NCBI GenBank assembly: GCA_958267355.1
Contig: OY279575.1
Coordinates: 1,246,295 to 1,310,294, forward strand
Reading direction: 5' to 3'
DNA length: 64,000 nucleotides
Source of the DNA: an uncultured Alphaproteobacteria bacterium
Lineage (GTDB): Bacteria > Pseudomonadota > Alphaproteobacteria > JALCBB01
Position numbers and translations under genes: made by a program
Shown here: positions 29,304 to 40,129 of the stretch, piece after piece
Layout: each line of letters starts with the position of its first letter
Numbering within the stretch: the first letter of the stretch is position 1
The notes under the pieces: model-generated
Databases searched by the model: none
The model's input: the letters and a program-made list of their open reading frames with translations, nothing else
Told to the model about the DNA's origin: nothing

Positions 29304-31166
29304 ATGAACGACAGTTTGACTGAGACTTTATCTCCTGACACTGAAATTGACGGCGGAGAGAAATTCGCTGACCTTTTGAAAGAACATCAAATCACGGCGA
29401 CGGACGAGAGCTTAGAAGGCTCGGTCTTGCGTGGGCGGGTTGTGGCGTTTGATGGTGATTATGTTGTTGTGGATGTGGGCTTGAAGTCCGAGGGGCGAAT
29501 TCACGCGCATGAGTTTAAGCGTGAGGGAGAGCTTGAGGGTTTGAAGAAAGACGATATTGTTGAGGTATATCTTGACCGTTTAGAAGACTCGCAGGGGATT
29601 GTTGTTTTGTCGCGTGAGAAGGCGCGGCGTGAAGAGGCGTGGGCGCGTTTGGTGGATGTATATAACGCGGGCACTCCTGTTGAGGGAATTATTCAAAATC
29701 GGGTCAAGGGGGGGTATGTTGTGGATTTGAAGGGTGCGACGGGTTTTTTGCCGTCGAGTCAGGTTGATATTCGTCCGCAATCCAACATTACGCATTTGAT
29801 GGGTTCGCCCCAGCGGTTTAAGATTCTGAAGATGGACAGGAACCGTGGCAATCTTGTGGTTTCGCGGCGTTCGGTTTTGGAAGAAGAGCGGTCTGCGATG
29901 TTAGAAGACACGATGTCGCGGATTAAGGAAGGTGAAATTTTTACGGGCATTGTTAAGAATGTTACTGAATACGGAGCCTTTGTGGATTTGGGTGGTGTTG
30001 ATGGTTTATTGCATGTGACTGACATATCGTGGCAGCGGGTGAATCACCCGTCTGAGCATTTGCGGGTTGGACAGCAGGTTACGGTACAGATTACGCGTTA
30101 CAATCCTGAGACTCATCGTTTAAGCTTGGGTATGAAGCAGCTGGAAGCGGATCCGTGGCAGGGTACGGTGGAGCGTTTTCCTGTTGGTACGAAGCTGAAG
30201 GGGCGGGTTTCTAACATTACTGATTACGGGGCTTTTGTACAGCTGGAGCCGGGCATTGAGGGTTTGGTGCATATATCGGAGATGAGCTGGTCGCAGCGTA
30301 ATGTTCATCCGCGCAAGCTGGTATCGGTGAGTCAAGAAGTGGATGTGGTGGTCTTAGACATTGATGAAAAGCGGCGGCGGGTTTCGTTGGGTATGAAGCA
30401 GGCTTTACCGAATCCGTGGAATGAATTTGCCGAGCGTCATCCGACGGGAAGCGAAGTTACGGGCAAGGTGAAGAACATAACGAACTTTGGTTTGTTTATT
30501 GAGTTGGAGGAAGGTGTTGATGGGATGGTGCATTTTGCTGACTTGTCGTGGGACAAGCCTGGCGAAGAAGTCATCAAGGAATACCACCGCGGACAACAGG
30601 TTACTGCCAAGGTGACCAATGTGGATAGTGATCGCTGTCGTATATCGTTATCCATTAAGCACTTGACGGAAGATCCGTTTGAAGACGGAGATGAAAAGCA
30701 CAAGATTGGAGCGACAGTGACCTGTACGATTTCGTCGGTCTTTAGCGGCGGCGTGGAAGTCACGCTCGGAGACGAGAAGACTCCAGGGGTTATTAAAAAA
30801 GCCGAGTTGTCGCGTGAGCGTGATGGACAAGACCCCAATCAGTTTGCGGCGGGTGAGAAGGTGGATGCGAAGATTGTTTCGCGTGATAAGAAGGCGCGGC
30901 GTTTTGTTTTGTCTATTAAGCAGTTGCAGATTGAAGAAGCCGAGCAGGCGGTGGCGGATTACGGCTCTACCGAGTCGGGAGCGCAGCTGGGCGAGATTTT
31001 GGGTGCATCCAAGCTGGCGGCTCTAGCTCCGACAGGAGACGACACCGCCAAAGCCCCCAGCGAAGCCCCTGATGAAGCTCCTGTGGCTGATGACTCCCCC
31101 GAGCCCACAGACGCGCCCACAGAGCCAACAGACGAGCCCACAGAAGCCCCCAAAGAAGCCCAGTAG
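29304..31166 (+). CDS. rpsA: 30S ribosomal protein S1
   Basis: Repeated S1 domains (VDVGLKSEG, YGAFVDLGGVDGLLHVTDISW); start MNDS at 29304. Confidence 0.97.
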   Translation: MNDSLTETLSPDTEIDGGEKFADLLKEHQITATDESLEGSVLRGRVVAFDGDYVVVDVGLKSEGRIHAHEFKREGELEGLKKDDIVEVYLDRLEDSQGIVVLSREKARREEAWARLVDVYNAGTPVEGIIQNRVKGGYVVDLKGATGFLPSSQVDIRPQSNITHLMGSPQRFKILKMDRNRGNLVVSRRSVLEEERSAMLEDTMSRIKEGEIFTGIVKNVTEYGAFVDLGGVDGLLHVTDISWQRVNHPSEHLRVGQQVTVQITRYNPETHRLSLGMKQLEADPWQGTVERFPVGTKLKGRVSNITDYGAFVQLEPGIEGLVHISEMSWSQRNVHPRKLVSVSQEVDVVVLDIDEKRRRVSLGMKQALPNPWNEFAERHPTGSEVTGKVKNITNFGLFIELEEGVDGMVHFADLSWDKPGEEVIKEYHRGQQVTAKVTNVDSDRCRISLSIKHLTEDPFEDGDEKHKIGATVTCTISSVFSGGVEVTLGDEKTPGVIKKAELSRERDGQDPNQFAAGEKVDAKIVSRDKKARRFVLSIKQLQIEEAEQAVADYGSTESGAQLGEILGASKLAALAPTGDDTAKAPSEAPDEAPVADDSPEPTDAPTEPTDEPTEAPKEAQ

Positions 31167-31631
31167 CCCCCTTGCGGGGGAGCATTCATGCCAAGTCTTA
31201 GGAAACCAAGCAAGGCTTGGCTTCATAGCTTCCAGCACAGGCTAATTGTGTCTAAGCACCTTGCGGTGCGGCGATAGTGCCTAGCGTTAACTCTCTAATC
31301 TGCCCACGGACTTCATAGTTTTAGCCAAGGGCTAATTGTGTCTAAGCACCTTGCGGTGCGGCGATAGTGCCTAGCGTTAACTCTCTAATCTGCCCACGGA
31401 CTTCATAGTTTTAGCCAAGGGCTAATTGTGTCTAAGCACCTTGCGGTGCGGCGATAGTGCCTAGCGTTAACTCTCTAATCTGCCCACGGGCTTCATAGTT
31501 TTAGCCAAGGGCTAATTGTATCTAAAGGTCTTGCAGGGGGCTTCGGCTCAATTAGCCCTTCATTGAAACTATGGGGCTTAACAGTTGGTGGAAGCAAAAA
31601 GGGCTGGCACGAATGCCCCGCCGCAAGGCGG
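31167..31631. mobile_element. Repeat cluster: four reverse A-type units (three near-identical, 90-bp period) plus one forward A unit
   Basis: GCTAATTGT at 31241, 31331, 31421 and 31511; outer ends CCCCCTTGCGGGGG and CCGCCGCAAGGCGG. Confidence 0.8.
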
Positions 31632-31691
31632 GGAAACCCGCAGAAATCCGTGCTTTTTCGGCTAATTCTTAGGCGTGGCGAATCTTTTTTA

Positions 31692-31720
31692 TTGCCTCAC
31701 GGATGAAAAAATACTATAAA
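31692..31720 (+). promoter_or_regulatory. Putative sigma70 promoter of ihfB
   Basis: TTGCCT-N17-TATAAA. Confidence 0.55.
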
Positions 31721-31785
31721 GACAATATCTTACGGGCGGAAACCAGCACTTGAGCCCACGCCTCCCGTGAGCCTGAGGAGAAGCC

Positions 31786-32145
31786 GTGGTTAGAAAAAAC
31801 GCCAGTACGATGAATCGCAGTGATTTGATTCGTCTTTTGGCAGAGAAGAACCCGCGAATGGACTCCAAAACCTTGGAGCGTTACGTGGATGTTGTCTTTG
31901 AAGCGATCAGCGAAGCCTTGGTGGAAAACCGCCGCGTAGAGATTCGCGGCTTTGGCTCGTTCTGGACGAAAGAGCGAAGCGAGCGTATATCGCGTAATCC
32001 GCGTTCTGGTGAGTCGGTATTTGTGGCGGCGAAACGTGTGCCTGCCTTCCGCCCTGGACGGCAGCTCCGCCGCGAGCTGGTTGAAGCGGGCGGAGCAGGA
32101 AGCCGCCGCCGTGCTTCTGCTTTAGACCCCCGCGATGGAACTTGA
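31786..32145 (+). CDS. ihfB: Integration host factor beta
   Basis: MNRSDLI, RVEIRGFGSF, SRNPRSGE, FRPG; downstream of rpsA. Confidence 0.92.
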   Translation: MVRKNASTMNRSDLIRLLAEKNPRMDSKTLERYVDVVFEAISEALVENRRVEIRGFGSFWTKERSERISRNPRSGESVFVAAKRVPAFRPGRQLRRELVEAGGAGSRRRASALDPRDGT

Positions 32146-32890
32146 ACTTGCGGCTGAGCCGCTTGCGCCCTTGGCTGATGGTTTTTCTTCTGCTGAAGGG
32201 CGGGCGCGGTTGGCGGCGGCTTCTGTGCTTATTGTCGGAGCGGGCGGGCTTGGCACGCCTGCTGTTCTGTACTTGGCGGCGGCGGGAGTCGGCAAGCTGA
32301 CTTTGTTAGACGATGATGTGATAGAAGCGACAAACCTTGCCCGCCAGATTTTGTATGCGCCTGATGATCTAGCCAAGAGCAAGGCGGAAGTGGTGGGGCA
32401 GAAGTTAGCGAAGCAATTTCCTGAGTGCGGAGTTTTTGCGCATAGAACGCGCTTGGTGGCAGACAACGCGGCGGATTTTCTTTCTGACGCAGACCTTGTC
32501 CTAGATGCCAGCGACAACTTGGAGACACGGCTCGTACTCAACGACACGGCACGAGCGACAGCCACGCCCCTGATTACAGGAGCCATCGGCGGCACGCTGG
32601 GTATTTTGGCGACGATTTTGCCGAGCAGTCCTTGTTATCGTTGTCTTTTGGTGCCGCGAGCGGCGGGTTCAGAAGCGGCGGGTGGCGAGCCACCGCGTCA
32701 GCCTGTCTTGGGAGCTTTGGCGGGTATGATTGGTGCGATGATGGCGAACGAGGCGTTGAAGTTTTTGCTATTTGGCTCAAATCATACGCTGGCGGGCAAG
32801 CTTTTGCTTATGGACAGCCTGACGGGCAGTCCACAGCTATTGCTGGCTGAGTCCCGCCCGTCTTGTCTGACTTGTGGTAAGAATTCCTAA
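32135..32890 (+). CDS. MoeB/ThiF family adenylyltransferase
   Basis: VLIVGAGGLG, DDDVIEATNLARQ, DASDN, PCYRC, C-terminal CxxC. Confidence 0.9.
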   Translation: MELELAAEPLAPLADGFSSAEGRARLAAASVLIVGAGGLGTPAVLYLAAAGVGKLTLLDDDVIEATNLARQILYAPDDLAKSKAEVVGQKLAKQFPECGVFAHRTRLVADNAADFLSDADLVLDASDNLETRLVLNDTARATATPLITGAIGGTLGILATILPSSPCYRCLLVPRAAGSEAAGGEPPRQPVLGALAGMIGAMMANEALKFLLFGSNHTLAGKLLLMDSLTGSPQLLLAESRPSCLTCGKNS

Positions 32891-32946
32891 AAAGCCCACC
32901 TTAAAAAGCCCCTTAAGAAAGCCCCTTAAGTAAAGAAAGACCTACT

Positions 32947-34281
32947 ATGAGCGAAGCGACAAAAACAAAAGCGCCATCTAACCCCCAACGAGCCGAAGAC
33001 TTTTGCGTTAAGGACTTATCCTTAGCCGAATGGGGCAGGGCTGAGATAACCCTAGCTGAGTCTGAAATGCCGGGCTTGATGGCGTTGCGGGCGGAACACG
33101 GGGCGAGTCGTCCGCTTGCGGGAGCGCGAATTATTGGCTGTCTGCATATGACGGTGCAGACTGCGGTCTTGATAGAGACTCTGACGCACTTGGGCGCGTC
33201 TGTTCGTTGGTCGTCGTGCAATGTTTTTTCGTCTCAAGACCATGCGGCGGCGGCGGTTGCCAAGGCAGGAGTCGCCGTCTTTGCGTGGAAAGGTATGAGC
33301 GAAGATGAATACTGGCGGGCGATAGACCAGACACTGGATGCGCCTGACGGTGGCAAGCCTGACTTGATTGTTGATGATGGCGGCGACTTAACGCAGGTTT
33401 TGCATCGTCCTGAACGGGCGGACTGGCTTGCGACTGTGCGCGGCATTTCTGAAGAGACGACAACGGGAGTCCTACGTTTAGAAGAAATGGCGCGCAAGGG
33501 TACACTTGGTTGTCCTGCGATTAATGTGAATGACTCGGTTACGAAGTCTAAGTTTGACAACCGCTACGGGGTGCGTGAATCGCTAGTAGATGGAATTCGC
33601 CGAGCGACGGACTTGATGTTGTCGGGCAAGGTGGCGATGGTCTGTGGCTTTGGCGATGTGGGCAAGGGCTCGGCGGAATCTTTGGCACGAGCGGGCTGTC
33701 GGGTTTTGGTGAGTGAGATAGATCCGATTTGCGCTTTACAGGCGGCGATGCAGGGGTATGAAGTGGTGACGATGGAAACGGCGGCTCCACGGGCGGACAT
33801 TTTTGTTACTGCGACGGGCAATCGTGATGTGATAACGGTTGATCATATGCGGGCGATGAAGGATTGTGCGGTGGTGTGCAACATCGGACATTTTGACAAC
33901 GAGATTCAAGTTGAAGGTTTGCGTAATTTCCGTTGGCAGAACATTAAGCCGCAAGTGGATCAAATCACCTTTCCTGACGACAAGCGGCTTTTACTGTTGT
34001 CTGAGGGCAGACTGGTGAATTTGGGCAATGCTACGGGACATCCTTCATTTGTGATGAGCACAAGCTTTGCCAATCAAGTTTTGGCACAGCTTGACCTATG
34101 GCAGAACGGAGCGAATTACGAGCGCAAGGTATATGTATTACCCAAACACCTAGACGAAAAGGTGGCGGCTTTGCACTTACAACACTTAGGAGCAGAACTT
34201 TCCACCTTGACTGACTCGCAAGCCACCTACCTCAACCTCCCCCCCCAAGGCCCCTTCAAACCCCCCCACTACCGCTACTAA
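32947..34281 (+). CDS. ahcY: Adenosylhomocysteinase
   Basis: [42 protein letters not shown] end. Confidence 0.98.
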   Translation: MSEATKTKAPSNPQRAEDFCVKDLSLAEWGRAEITLAESEMPGLMALRAEHGASRPLAGARIIGCLHMTVQTAVLIETLTHLGASVRWSSCNVFSSQDHAAAAVAKAGVAVFAWKGMSEDEYWRAIDQTLDAPDGGKPDLIVDDGGDLTQVLHRPERADWLATVRGISEETTTGVLRLEEMARKGTLGCPAINVNDSVTKSKFDNRYGVRESLVDGIRRATDLMLSGKVAMVCGFGDVGKGSAESLARAGCRVLVSEIDPICALQAAMQGYEVVTMETAAPRADIFVTATGNRDVITVDHMRAMKDCAVVCNIGHFDNEIQVEGLRNFRWQNIKPQVDQITFPDDKRLLLLSEGRLVNLGNATGHPSFVMSTSFANQVLAQLDLWQNGANYERKVYVLPKHLDEKVAALHLQHLGAELSTLTDSQATYLNLPPQGPFKPPHYRY

Positions 34282-34610
34282 CCGCCTTGCGGCGGGGCAT
34301 TCATGCCAACCCTTGTTGCTTCCACCAACCGCCCCGCCCCATAGTTTCCAGTAAAAGGTTAATTGAGCCGAAGCCCCCTACGGGGGGAGCGTAAGATTAG
34401 GGGGATTAACTGGCTCCCGTTATGGAGATGAAGACCCACCGAGTGCCCGTAGGGCACGAAACCACCCCCCCTAACTGCCAAAGCTGTCTCCTGCACCCGT
34501 GCTGGACGCACGGGGCAGTCGCCCGCTTTGGTTTCCTGTTAACACCCCCTAGAGGCGAGACGTGGCGAAGCTTGCCGAGCCGTGCAAAAAGGCGGCGCAA
34601 GCGGGCGTAA
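34282..34610. mobile_element. Composite repeat element (reverse A unit + module D + module E) abutting the ahcY stop
   Basis: CCGCCTTGCGGCGG starts directly after TAA; 34380-34465 is the reverse-complement homolog of 13850-13930. Confidence 0.7.
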
Positions 34611-34626
34611 TAAACAATTGCAGGAT

Positions 34627-36090
34627 TTACAATCCCGCAAATTGGACGTATTTGGTTTCGGTGAATTCGTCCATGCCTTGGTGGGAGCCTTCGCGGCCTA
34701 AGCCCGACTCTTTGTAGCCGCCAAAGGGGGCGACTTCAGTTGTCATCACGCCCGCGTTCAGTGAGACCATTCCTGACTCTAGGGTTTCGCTAACGCGAAA
34801 GGCGCGGGCAAGGTCTTGGGTGAAGGCGTAAGCGGCGAGTCCGAATTCGGTGTCGTTCGCCATCGCCACGCCTTCGGCTTCGGTCGCAAACCGCACCACA
34901 GGAGCCACAGGACCAAACGTTTCTTCGCAAGCAAATTCCATCTTGGTGTTGGCGTTGGCAATCACTGTTGGCATATGAAAGCAGCCGCCTAAGGTGCCTT
35001 GGTCTCCGCCGCAGAGAATTTCTCCGCCCAAGGACTTAGCGTTTTCTACTTGGCGCAGTACTTTTTCTACCGCCGCTTGATTAATCAACGGACCCTGCTG
35101 CATGCCTTCTGTGAGTCCGTTGCCGACTTTGATCTGTGCCGCCTGCTCGGCAAGTCCGCTGATGTAGGAGTCGTAAATCTTGTCTTGAACAAAAATACGG
35201 TTCGGACAGATGCAAGTTTGTCCGCCGTTGCGAAACTTGCTTTGCATCGTGCCTGTTATCGCTGTCTCTAGGTCAGCATCGTCAAAGACCAACAAGGGCG
35301 CATTGCCGCCTAACTCCATCGCGGTTTTTTTGACTGTGCTGGCACATTGGCGCATTAACTCCTTGCCCACCGCTGTTGAACCCGTAAAGGAAAAAGCCCG
35401 TATCCGCGCATCTTCGGTCAAGACCTTGCCAACTTCGCCCGCCCGCTTGCTCGGGACAATGTTAAACACACCCGCAGGAATGCCCGCTTCGTCCGCCAAG
35501 ACCGCCAAAGCCAAAGCCGATAGCGGAGTCTCCGCCGCTGGCTTCGCCACCAGAGAGCAACCACTGCCCAAAATCGCCGCCGCCTTGCGCGTCAGCATCG
35601 CCGACGGAAAGTTCCACGGCGTTATCACGCCCACAGGGCCAATAGACTGACGAAACACCAACAGACGCGCATCGGGGCGGTGGCTCGGAATCACATCTCC
35701 GTAGATGCGTCTGCCTTCTTCTGCACCCCACTCTATATAGGCAGCACTCAACGCCGTTTCTAAGCGCGCTTCCGCCAAGACCTTGCCGTTTTCCAAAGTC
35801 ATAATGCGGGCTAAGTCTTCTTGATGCTGAAGTATCAAACCCGCCCAACGGCGCATTAACACACTGCGCTCTTTGGCGGTCAGGCGGCTCCAGCTGTGCC
35901 AAGCTTCAGTCGCCGCCGATACCGCGGCTTCTGTGTCGCTTGCGCCCAGATCTGCGACTTCCGCCAAGGTTTCACCCGTGGCAGGATTTTTGACCGCAAA
36001 GCGTGCGTCTCCTGCCCGCCACTTGCCGCCCAGATAGCCGCTGGTTGGGGCTAGCTCTGCCCTGTCTAAGATTTCTAAGCCTTGCCCCAT
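34627..36090 (-). CDS. gabD: NAD(P)-dependent succinate-semialdehyde dehydrogenase
   Basis: ITPWNFPSAM, SFTGST, ELGGNAP, KFRNGGQTCIC, EETFGPV, KESGLGREGS; start at 36090. Confidence 0.92.
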   Translation of the reverse strand: MGQGLEILDRAELAPTSGYLGGKWRAGDARFAVKNPATGETLAEVADLGASDTEAAVSAATEAWHSWSRLTAKERSVLMRRWAGLILQHQEDLARIMTLENGKVLAEARLETALSAAYIEWGAEEGRRIYGDVIPSHRPDARLLVFRQSIGPVGVITPWNFPSAMLTRKAAAILGSGCSLVAKPAAETPLSALALAVLADEAGIPAGVFNIVPSKRAGEVGKVLTEDARIRAFSFTGSTAVGKELMRQCASTVKKTAMELGGNAPLLVFDDADLETAITGTMQSKFRNGGQTCICPNRIFVQDKIYDSYISGLAEQAAQIKVGNGLTEGMQQGPLINQAAVEKVLRQVENAKSLGGEILCGGDQGTLGGCFHMPTVIANANTKMEFACEETFGPVAPVVRFATEAEGVAMANDTEFGLAAYAFTQDLARAFRVSETLESGMVSLNAGVMTTEVAPFGGYKESGLGREGSHQGMDEFTETKYVQFAGL

Positions 36091-36205
36091 GGGGAGTCTC
36101 CTTGCCTTGATATTTGGTTCTTGCACTCCGTCGTTGAGAGGTATAGCATAAGGCAAAAGCTCCGCTTTGTCGCTAGACAAGGCCCACAACCCAAAAGGAG
36201 GCACC

Positions 36206-36376
36206 ATGACTTCAGAAGTACACCTCGCCGCTTTACGCCGCAAACACAGCGGATTAGAAGAAAAGATCACCCTAGAAACGCAACGTCCGCAGCCTGATAC
36301 AGTACTTTTGAGCGAACTGAAAAAACAAAAACTGGTTATCAAAGAAGAAATAGAAAAGCTCTCCGCTTCTGCGTAA
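36206..36376 (+). CDS. DUF465/YdcH family small protein
   Basis: HLAALRRKH..LE..I..E..RP.PD....ELKKQKL.IKEEI; SD AGGAGG. Confidence 0.88.
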   Translation: MTSEVHLAALRRKHSGLEEKITLETQRPQPDTVLLSELKKQKLVIKEEIEKLSASA

Positions 36377-36384
36377 GCTCCGCC

Positions 36385-36408
36385 GCCGCCCCGCCAGGCG
36401 GCTTTTTT
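36385..36408 (+). terminator. Putative Rho-independent terminator
   Basis: GCCGCC-N6-GGCGGC-TTTTTT. Confidence 0.65.
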
Positions 36409-36416
36409 AATTGACG

Positions 36417-36841
36417 CCAAGGTGCTTTGGCTCAATTAGCCCTTCCGTTGAAACTATGGGGCTTAACGGCTGGTGGGGGAGCTAAGGGCTGGCACAGATG
36501 CCCCGCCGCAAGGTGCTTGGCTCAATTAGCCTGTTAGCAAAACTATGGGGCTTAACAGTTGGTGGGGGAGCTAAGGGCTGGCATGAATGCCGCACCGCAA
36601 GGTGCTTGGCTTCATAGCTTCCAGCACAGGCTAATTGTGTCTAAGCACCTTGCGGTGCGGCGATAGTGCCTAGCGTTAACTCTCTAATCTGCCCACGGGC
36701 TTCATAGTTTTAGCCAAGGGCTAATTGTGTCTAAAGGTCTTATAGGGGGCTTCGGCTCAATTGGCCTGTTAGCAAAACTATGGGGCTTAACGGCTGGTGG
36801 GAGAGTTAAGGGCTGGCACGAATGCTCCACCGCAAGGTGCC
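36417..36841. mobile_element. Repeat cluster: A(+), A(+), partial A'(-), A''(-), A(+)
   Basis: Units homologous to those at 31167-31631 and 46346-46750. Confidence 0.8.
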
Positions 36842-37903
36842 GGTGGTGAAGTGTTTCCAGGCGATGCGGATGAAGCGCCAGGCGGCGGTGAGGTAACTTT
36901 TCTCCTCGTAGGACAAGATTGCCAAGCCGACATAGATGCGTATTTGTCCTGCTTTGTCTTCCATGGATTGGTAGAGCGTCAAGGATTGGTTGTACCACTC
37001 TTCGGCGCTCCCGAAGTCGCCGCGTTTGACGGAAATATTACCGAGATGGTTATAGACCGTTGCGAGTCCGATTTGTTGTTCTTGGTCGTTGACGGACTCG
37101 TATTGCTCAATTGCGCGGTCGTAGAAGGAAATGGCACGCGACCACTCGCGGCGGATTTGCGCAATCTCGCCAAGATGGCTGTAGCTGGAGGCTAATCCGA
37201 GGCGATTGTTTAGGTCTTCGCTCAGTGCTAGGGCTTGTTCGTAGAAGCTATGGGCTTCGTTTAGGTCCTTGTTGATCTGTCCTTGGCTGCCGAATTTTCT
37301 GTAAATTTTGGCGGCTCCGTCTGCACCGCCAATGATATCTTTGCTGGCGAGGTATCCGTAGAAGTAGCGCGAGATTTTGCCGATGGCGTTTTGCACGCCG
37401 CGGGCGACGGCGACATATCCGAGGGCATTGTAGGTGTGGATGAGTCCTGCTGTATCGCCCAGCGACTCGCGGACGGTGAGCGATTGTTTGTACCAGTCGC
37501 TCGCGGATTCAAAATCGCCGCGCAGTTGGGCGATGTTGCCGAGGTTATGGTAGGTGTCGGCGACTCCGTGTTGGTCTCCGAGGTGTTTGCGGGTAGCGAG
37601 CGAGTCGTTGTAGTAGGTTTCGGCTTTGTCTAGGTCTCCTTTATTGGCGGCGAGTGCTCCGAGATTATTGTAGGTGGCGGCGCGGATGCGCAAGTTTTCT
37701 TCGTCCTGCAGGAGTTCTAAGATTTGCAGGTAGCTATCGCGAGCTTTGTTTGGCTTGTTCTCCTCGCGGAATTCGCGGGCGGCTTGGAACAGCTCGTCTA
37801 TGGTTTGCGGCTTCTCCTGCGCCTGTGCTGGACTTGCCAACACAAGTCCTGTGCTTAGAAGCAAACAGAAAAACGAACAAGCGATCTTTTGGACGCGGTG
37901 CAT
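36806..37903 (-). CDS. Secreted tetratricopeptide repeat protein; last codons lie inside a repeat unit
   Basis: Signal peptide (...LASPAQA); ~40-aa repeats AxxYxNLGxxAxxxGDxxxAxxxYxxSL. Confidence 0.85.
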   Translation of the reverse strand: MHRVQKIACSFFCLLLSTGLVLASPAQAQEKPQTIDELFQAAREFREENKPNKARDSYLQILELLQDEENLRIRAATYNNLGALAANKGDLDKAETYYNDSLATRKHLGDQHGVADTYHNLGNIAQLRGDFESASDWYKQSLTVRESLGDTAGLIHTYNALGYVAVARGVQNAIGKISRYFYGYLASKDIIGGADGAAKIYRKFGSQGQINKDLNEAHSFYEQALALSEDLNNRLGLASSYSHLGEIAQIRREWSRAISFYDRAIEQYESVNDQEQQIGLATVYNHLGNISVKRGDFGSAEEWYNQSLTLYQSMEDKAGQIRIYVGLAILSYEEKSYLTAAWRFIRIAWKHFTTGTLRWSIRASP

Positions 37904-38019
37904 ACTTCCCCCGCTTTGTACTCTCCATCAAGAGCGGCAATTATACCACAACCCTAAGTATACATAAATCCTATAAAAATTCCCCCCCGCGGCTTCATCA
38001 CCCCCGCTCTTGCGGGCAA

Positions 38020-38366
38020 TTTGCCACATCTGGCTTGTCTTCCAATTACCCTGATTTCTAAGCCGCAGAAAAAGAGGTTAGGCTTGGGCTCTACTTCAAC
38101 ATTTAATTTACGCCCGCTTGCGCGGGCTCTTGCCGCCTACGGCGGCGTCCGCTTCGCTCCGCTCGTTTCACTCCGCTACGCTCGCGCTCGTGCCCTACGG
38201 GCACTCGGTGGGTCTTCGTCTCCACAATAGGAGCCAGATCATCACACTAACCTCACGCTCCCCCCGCAAGGGGGCTTCGGCTCAATTGGCCTGTTAGCAA
38301 AACTATGGGGCTTAACAGCTGGTGGAAGCAACAAGGCTTGGCACGAATGCCGCACCGCAAGGTGCG
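38020..38366. mobile_element. Composite repeat element (modules B+C+D+A) abutting the etfA stop
   Basis: Colinear homolog of 13690-14024; hairpin CGCACCGCAAGGTGCG ends at 38366. Confidence 0.75.
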
Positions 38367-39317
38367 CTAGGGGTCTAGGGCTTTGGATAGGGCGGGGAGG
38401 GCTTCGAATAGGTCAGCGACTAGGCCGTAGTCGGCGACTTGGAAGATCGGTGCATCAGGGTCGTTGTTAATCGCCGCTATTACTTTTGAGTCTTTCATTC
38501 CCGCCAAGTGTTGAATCGCACCCGATATGCCCACCGCAATATATAAATCAGGAGCCACCACCTTGCCCGTCTGTCCCACCTGATATTCGTTGGGAACATA
38601 GCCAGCATCCACCGCCGCTCGCGACGCACCCACCGCCGCTCCAAGCTTGTCAGCCACCGATTCAAGTAAGGCAAAGTGCTCGCCGCTTTGCATACCGCGT
38701 CCGCCCGAGATGACAATGCGAGCGTTCGTTAGCTCGGGGCGTTCGCTCTTGGAAACTTCGTCCGCCGTCCAAGACGACAAGTCCGACTCTCCTGCCTGAC
38801 CCGCCTGACTCGCCACTTCTTCTAAAGTCGCACTTCCGCCTTCGCTCGCCACCGCTTCAAACGAAGTCGCACGTACCGTCAGCAGCTTTTTCGCATCCCT
38901 TGAGCGCACCGTCGCCAAAGCATTCCCCGCATACAACGGACGAACAAAAGTATCCGCCGCAACAATTTCTAACACCTCGGTTATCGGTTGCACATCAAGC
39001 AATGCCGCCACACGCGGAAGCAAGTTCTTCGCAAAACTCCCCACAGGCGCAAGAACTGCATCGTAGTCCGCCGCTAACTCAGCAACAAACGGAGCCGCCG
39101 CTTCAGCACTCGCATGCTGCCAAGACTCCGCACAGACAAGCCGCACCTTCGCCACACCCATAACCCGTGCCGCCAAATCAGCAACCGCTCTGGATGACTC
39201 ACCTCCCATAACCAACAAATCACAAGTCGCGGCAAACTTGCCCGCCGCCGCCACTGCACTCAAAGTCGCGGGCTTTAAAGACTCTCCGTCGTGGTCTGCC
39301 AATACCAATACGCGCAT
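38367..39317 (-). CDS. etfA: Electron transfer flavoprotein alpha subunit
   Basis: [38 protein letters not shown]. Confidence 0.97.
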   Translation of the reverse strand: MRVLVLADHDGESLKPATLSAVAAAGKFAATCDLLVMGGESSRAVADLAARVMGVAKVRLVCAESWQHASAEAAAPFVAELAADYDAVLAPVGSFAKNLLPRVAALLDVQPITEVLEIVAADTFVRPLYAGNALATVRSRDAKKLLTVRATSFEAVASEGGSATLEEVASQAGQAGESDLSSWTADEVSKSERPELTNARIVISGGRGMQSGEHFALLESVADKLGAAVGASRAAVDAGYVPNEYQVGQTGKVVAPDLYIAVGISGAIQHLAGMKDSKVIAAINNDPDAPIFQVADYGLVADLFEALPALSKALDP

Positions 39318-39344
39318 GGTTCTTCTCCTGTTGTAGAAAACTTT

Positions 39345-40100
39345 TTACAAAACTTCAGCTTCGTCCTTCAACTTCGCAACCAGCTCTTCCACCGACTGCA
39401 CCTTTACCCCCGCCTTGCGGGCTGGTGGCTCTTCCACCTTCAAAATCTCCAAACGCGGAGCCAAGTCAGACTCGGAAAGTAAATCTGTCGCCGTGATTGT
39501 CTCCAAGGGCTTAGACCGCGCCTTCATAATGTTCGGCAAACTCGCATACCGCGGCGTGTTCAAACGCAAATCCGCACTAACCACACTCGGCAAAGATAAA
39601 CTGCGCTTTTCTATACCCGCATCCACTTCGCGGGCGACCAGCAACTTGTCGCCTTCAACTTCCAACGACGAGGTAAAACAGCCCTGACTCCACCCCAAAC
39701 GCGCCGCCAAAATCTGCGTCGTGCTGTTAAAATCATTATCCACCGCCTGCTTGCCCAACAAAACCAAACGCGGAGACTCACGCTCCACCAAAGCCGCCAA
39801 AATCTTCGCCACCGCGAGTGGCTCCAACGCGCCATCGTGCTGCACCAAAATAGCTCTATCGCAGCCCACCGCTAACGCCGTGCGCAAAGTCTCCTGATTT
39901 GCCGCAGGACCACACGACACCGCCACCAGCTCACTCGCAGTACCCGCTTCCTTCAAGCGCACCGCTTCTTCCACCGCGATCTCGCAAAACGGATTCATCG
40001 ACATCTTCACATTGTCCGTCTCAACACCCGTGCCGTCACCGCGCACCCGAACCTTGACATACGCGTCAATCACCCGCTTTACTCCAACCAAAACCTTCAT
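39345..40100 (-). CDS. etfB: Electron transfer flavoprotein beta subunit
   Basis: [49 protein letters not shown]. Confidence 0.97.
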   Translation of the reverse strand: MKVLVGVKRVIDAYVKVRVRGDGTGVETDNVKMSMNPFCEIAVEEAVRLKEAGTASELVAVSCGPAANQETLRTALAVGCDRAILVQHDGALEPLAVAKILAALVERESPRLVLLGKQAVDNDFNSTTQILAARLGWSQGCFTSSLEVEGDKLLVAREVDAGIEKRSLSLPSVVSADLRLNTPRYASLPNIMKARSKPLETITATDLLSESDLAPRLEILKVEEPPARKAGVKVQSVEELVAKLKDEAEVL

Positions 40101-40129
40101 CGTTCGCTATCCCTTGTCTGTCAGAAACC

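Noticed and set aside
31240-31525. CRISPR array
   Set aside because: The 90-bp units are near-identical along their whole length, with no unique spacers and no cas genes.
34282-34300. Diversity-generating retroelement target hairpin at gene 3' ends
   Set aside because: No reverse transcriptase and no template/variable repeat pair with adenine-specific differences in the window.
36091-36435. N-terminal extensions of gabD (also udg, hrcA, rpsA and lpoA as given in the ORF track)
   Set aside because: They overlap real genes on the other strand or run through upstream spacer sequence; downstream starts fit family lengths.
36417-38366. Integron attC sites / cassette array (GCTTAAC and GTTAGGC motifs present)
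   Set aside because: The core motifs are not arranged as attC ends relative to the genes, units mostly follow housekeeping genes and tRNAs, and there is no intI in the window.
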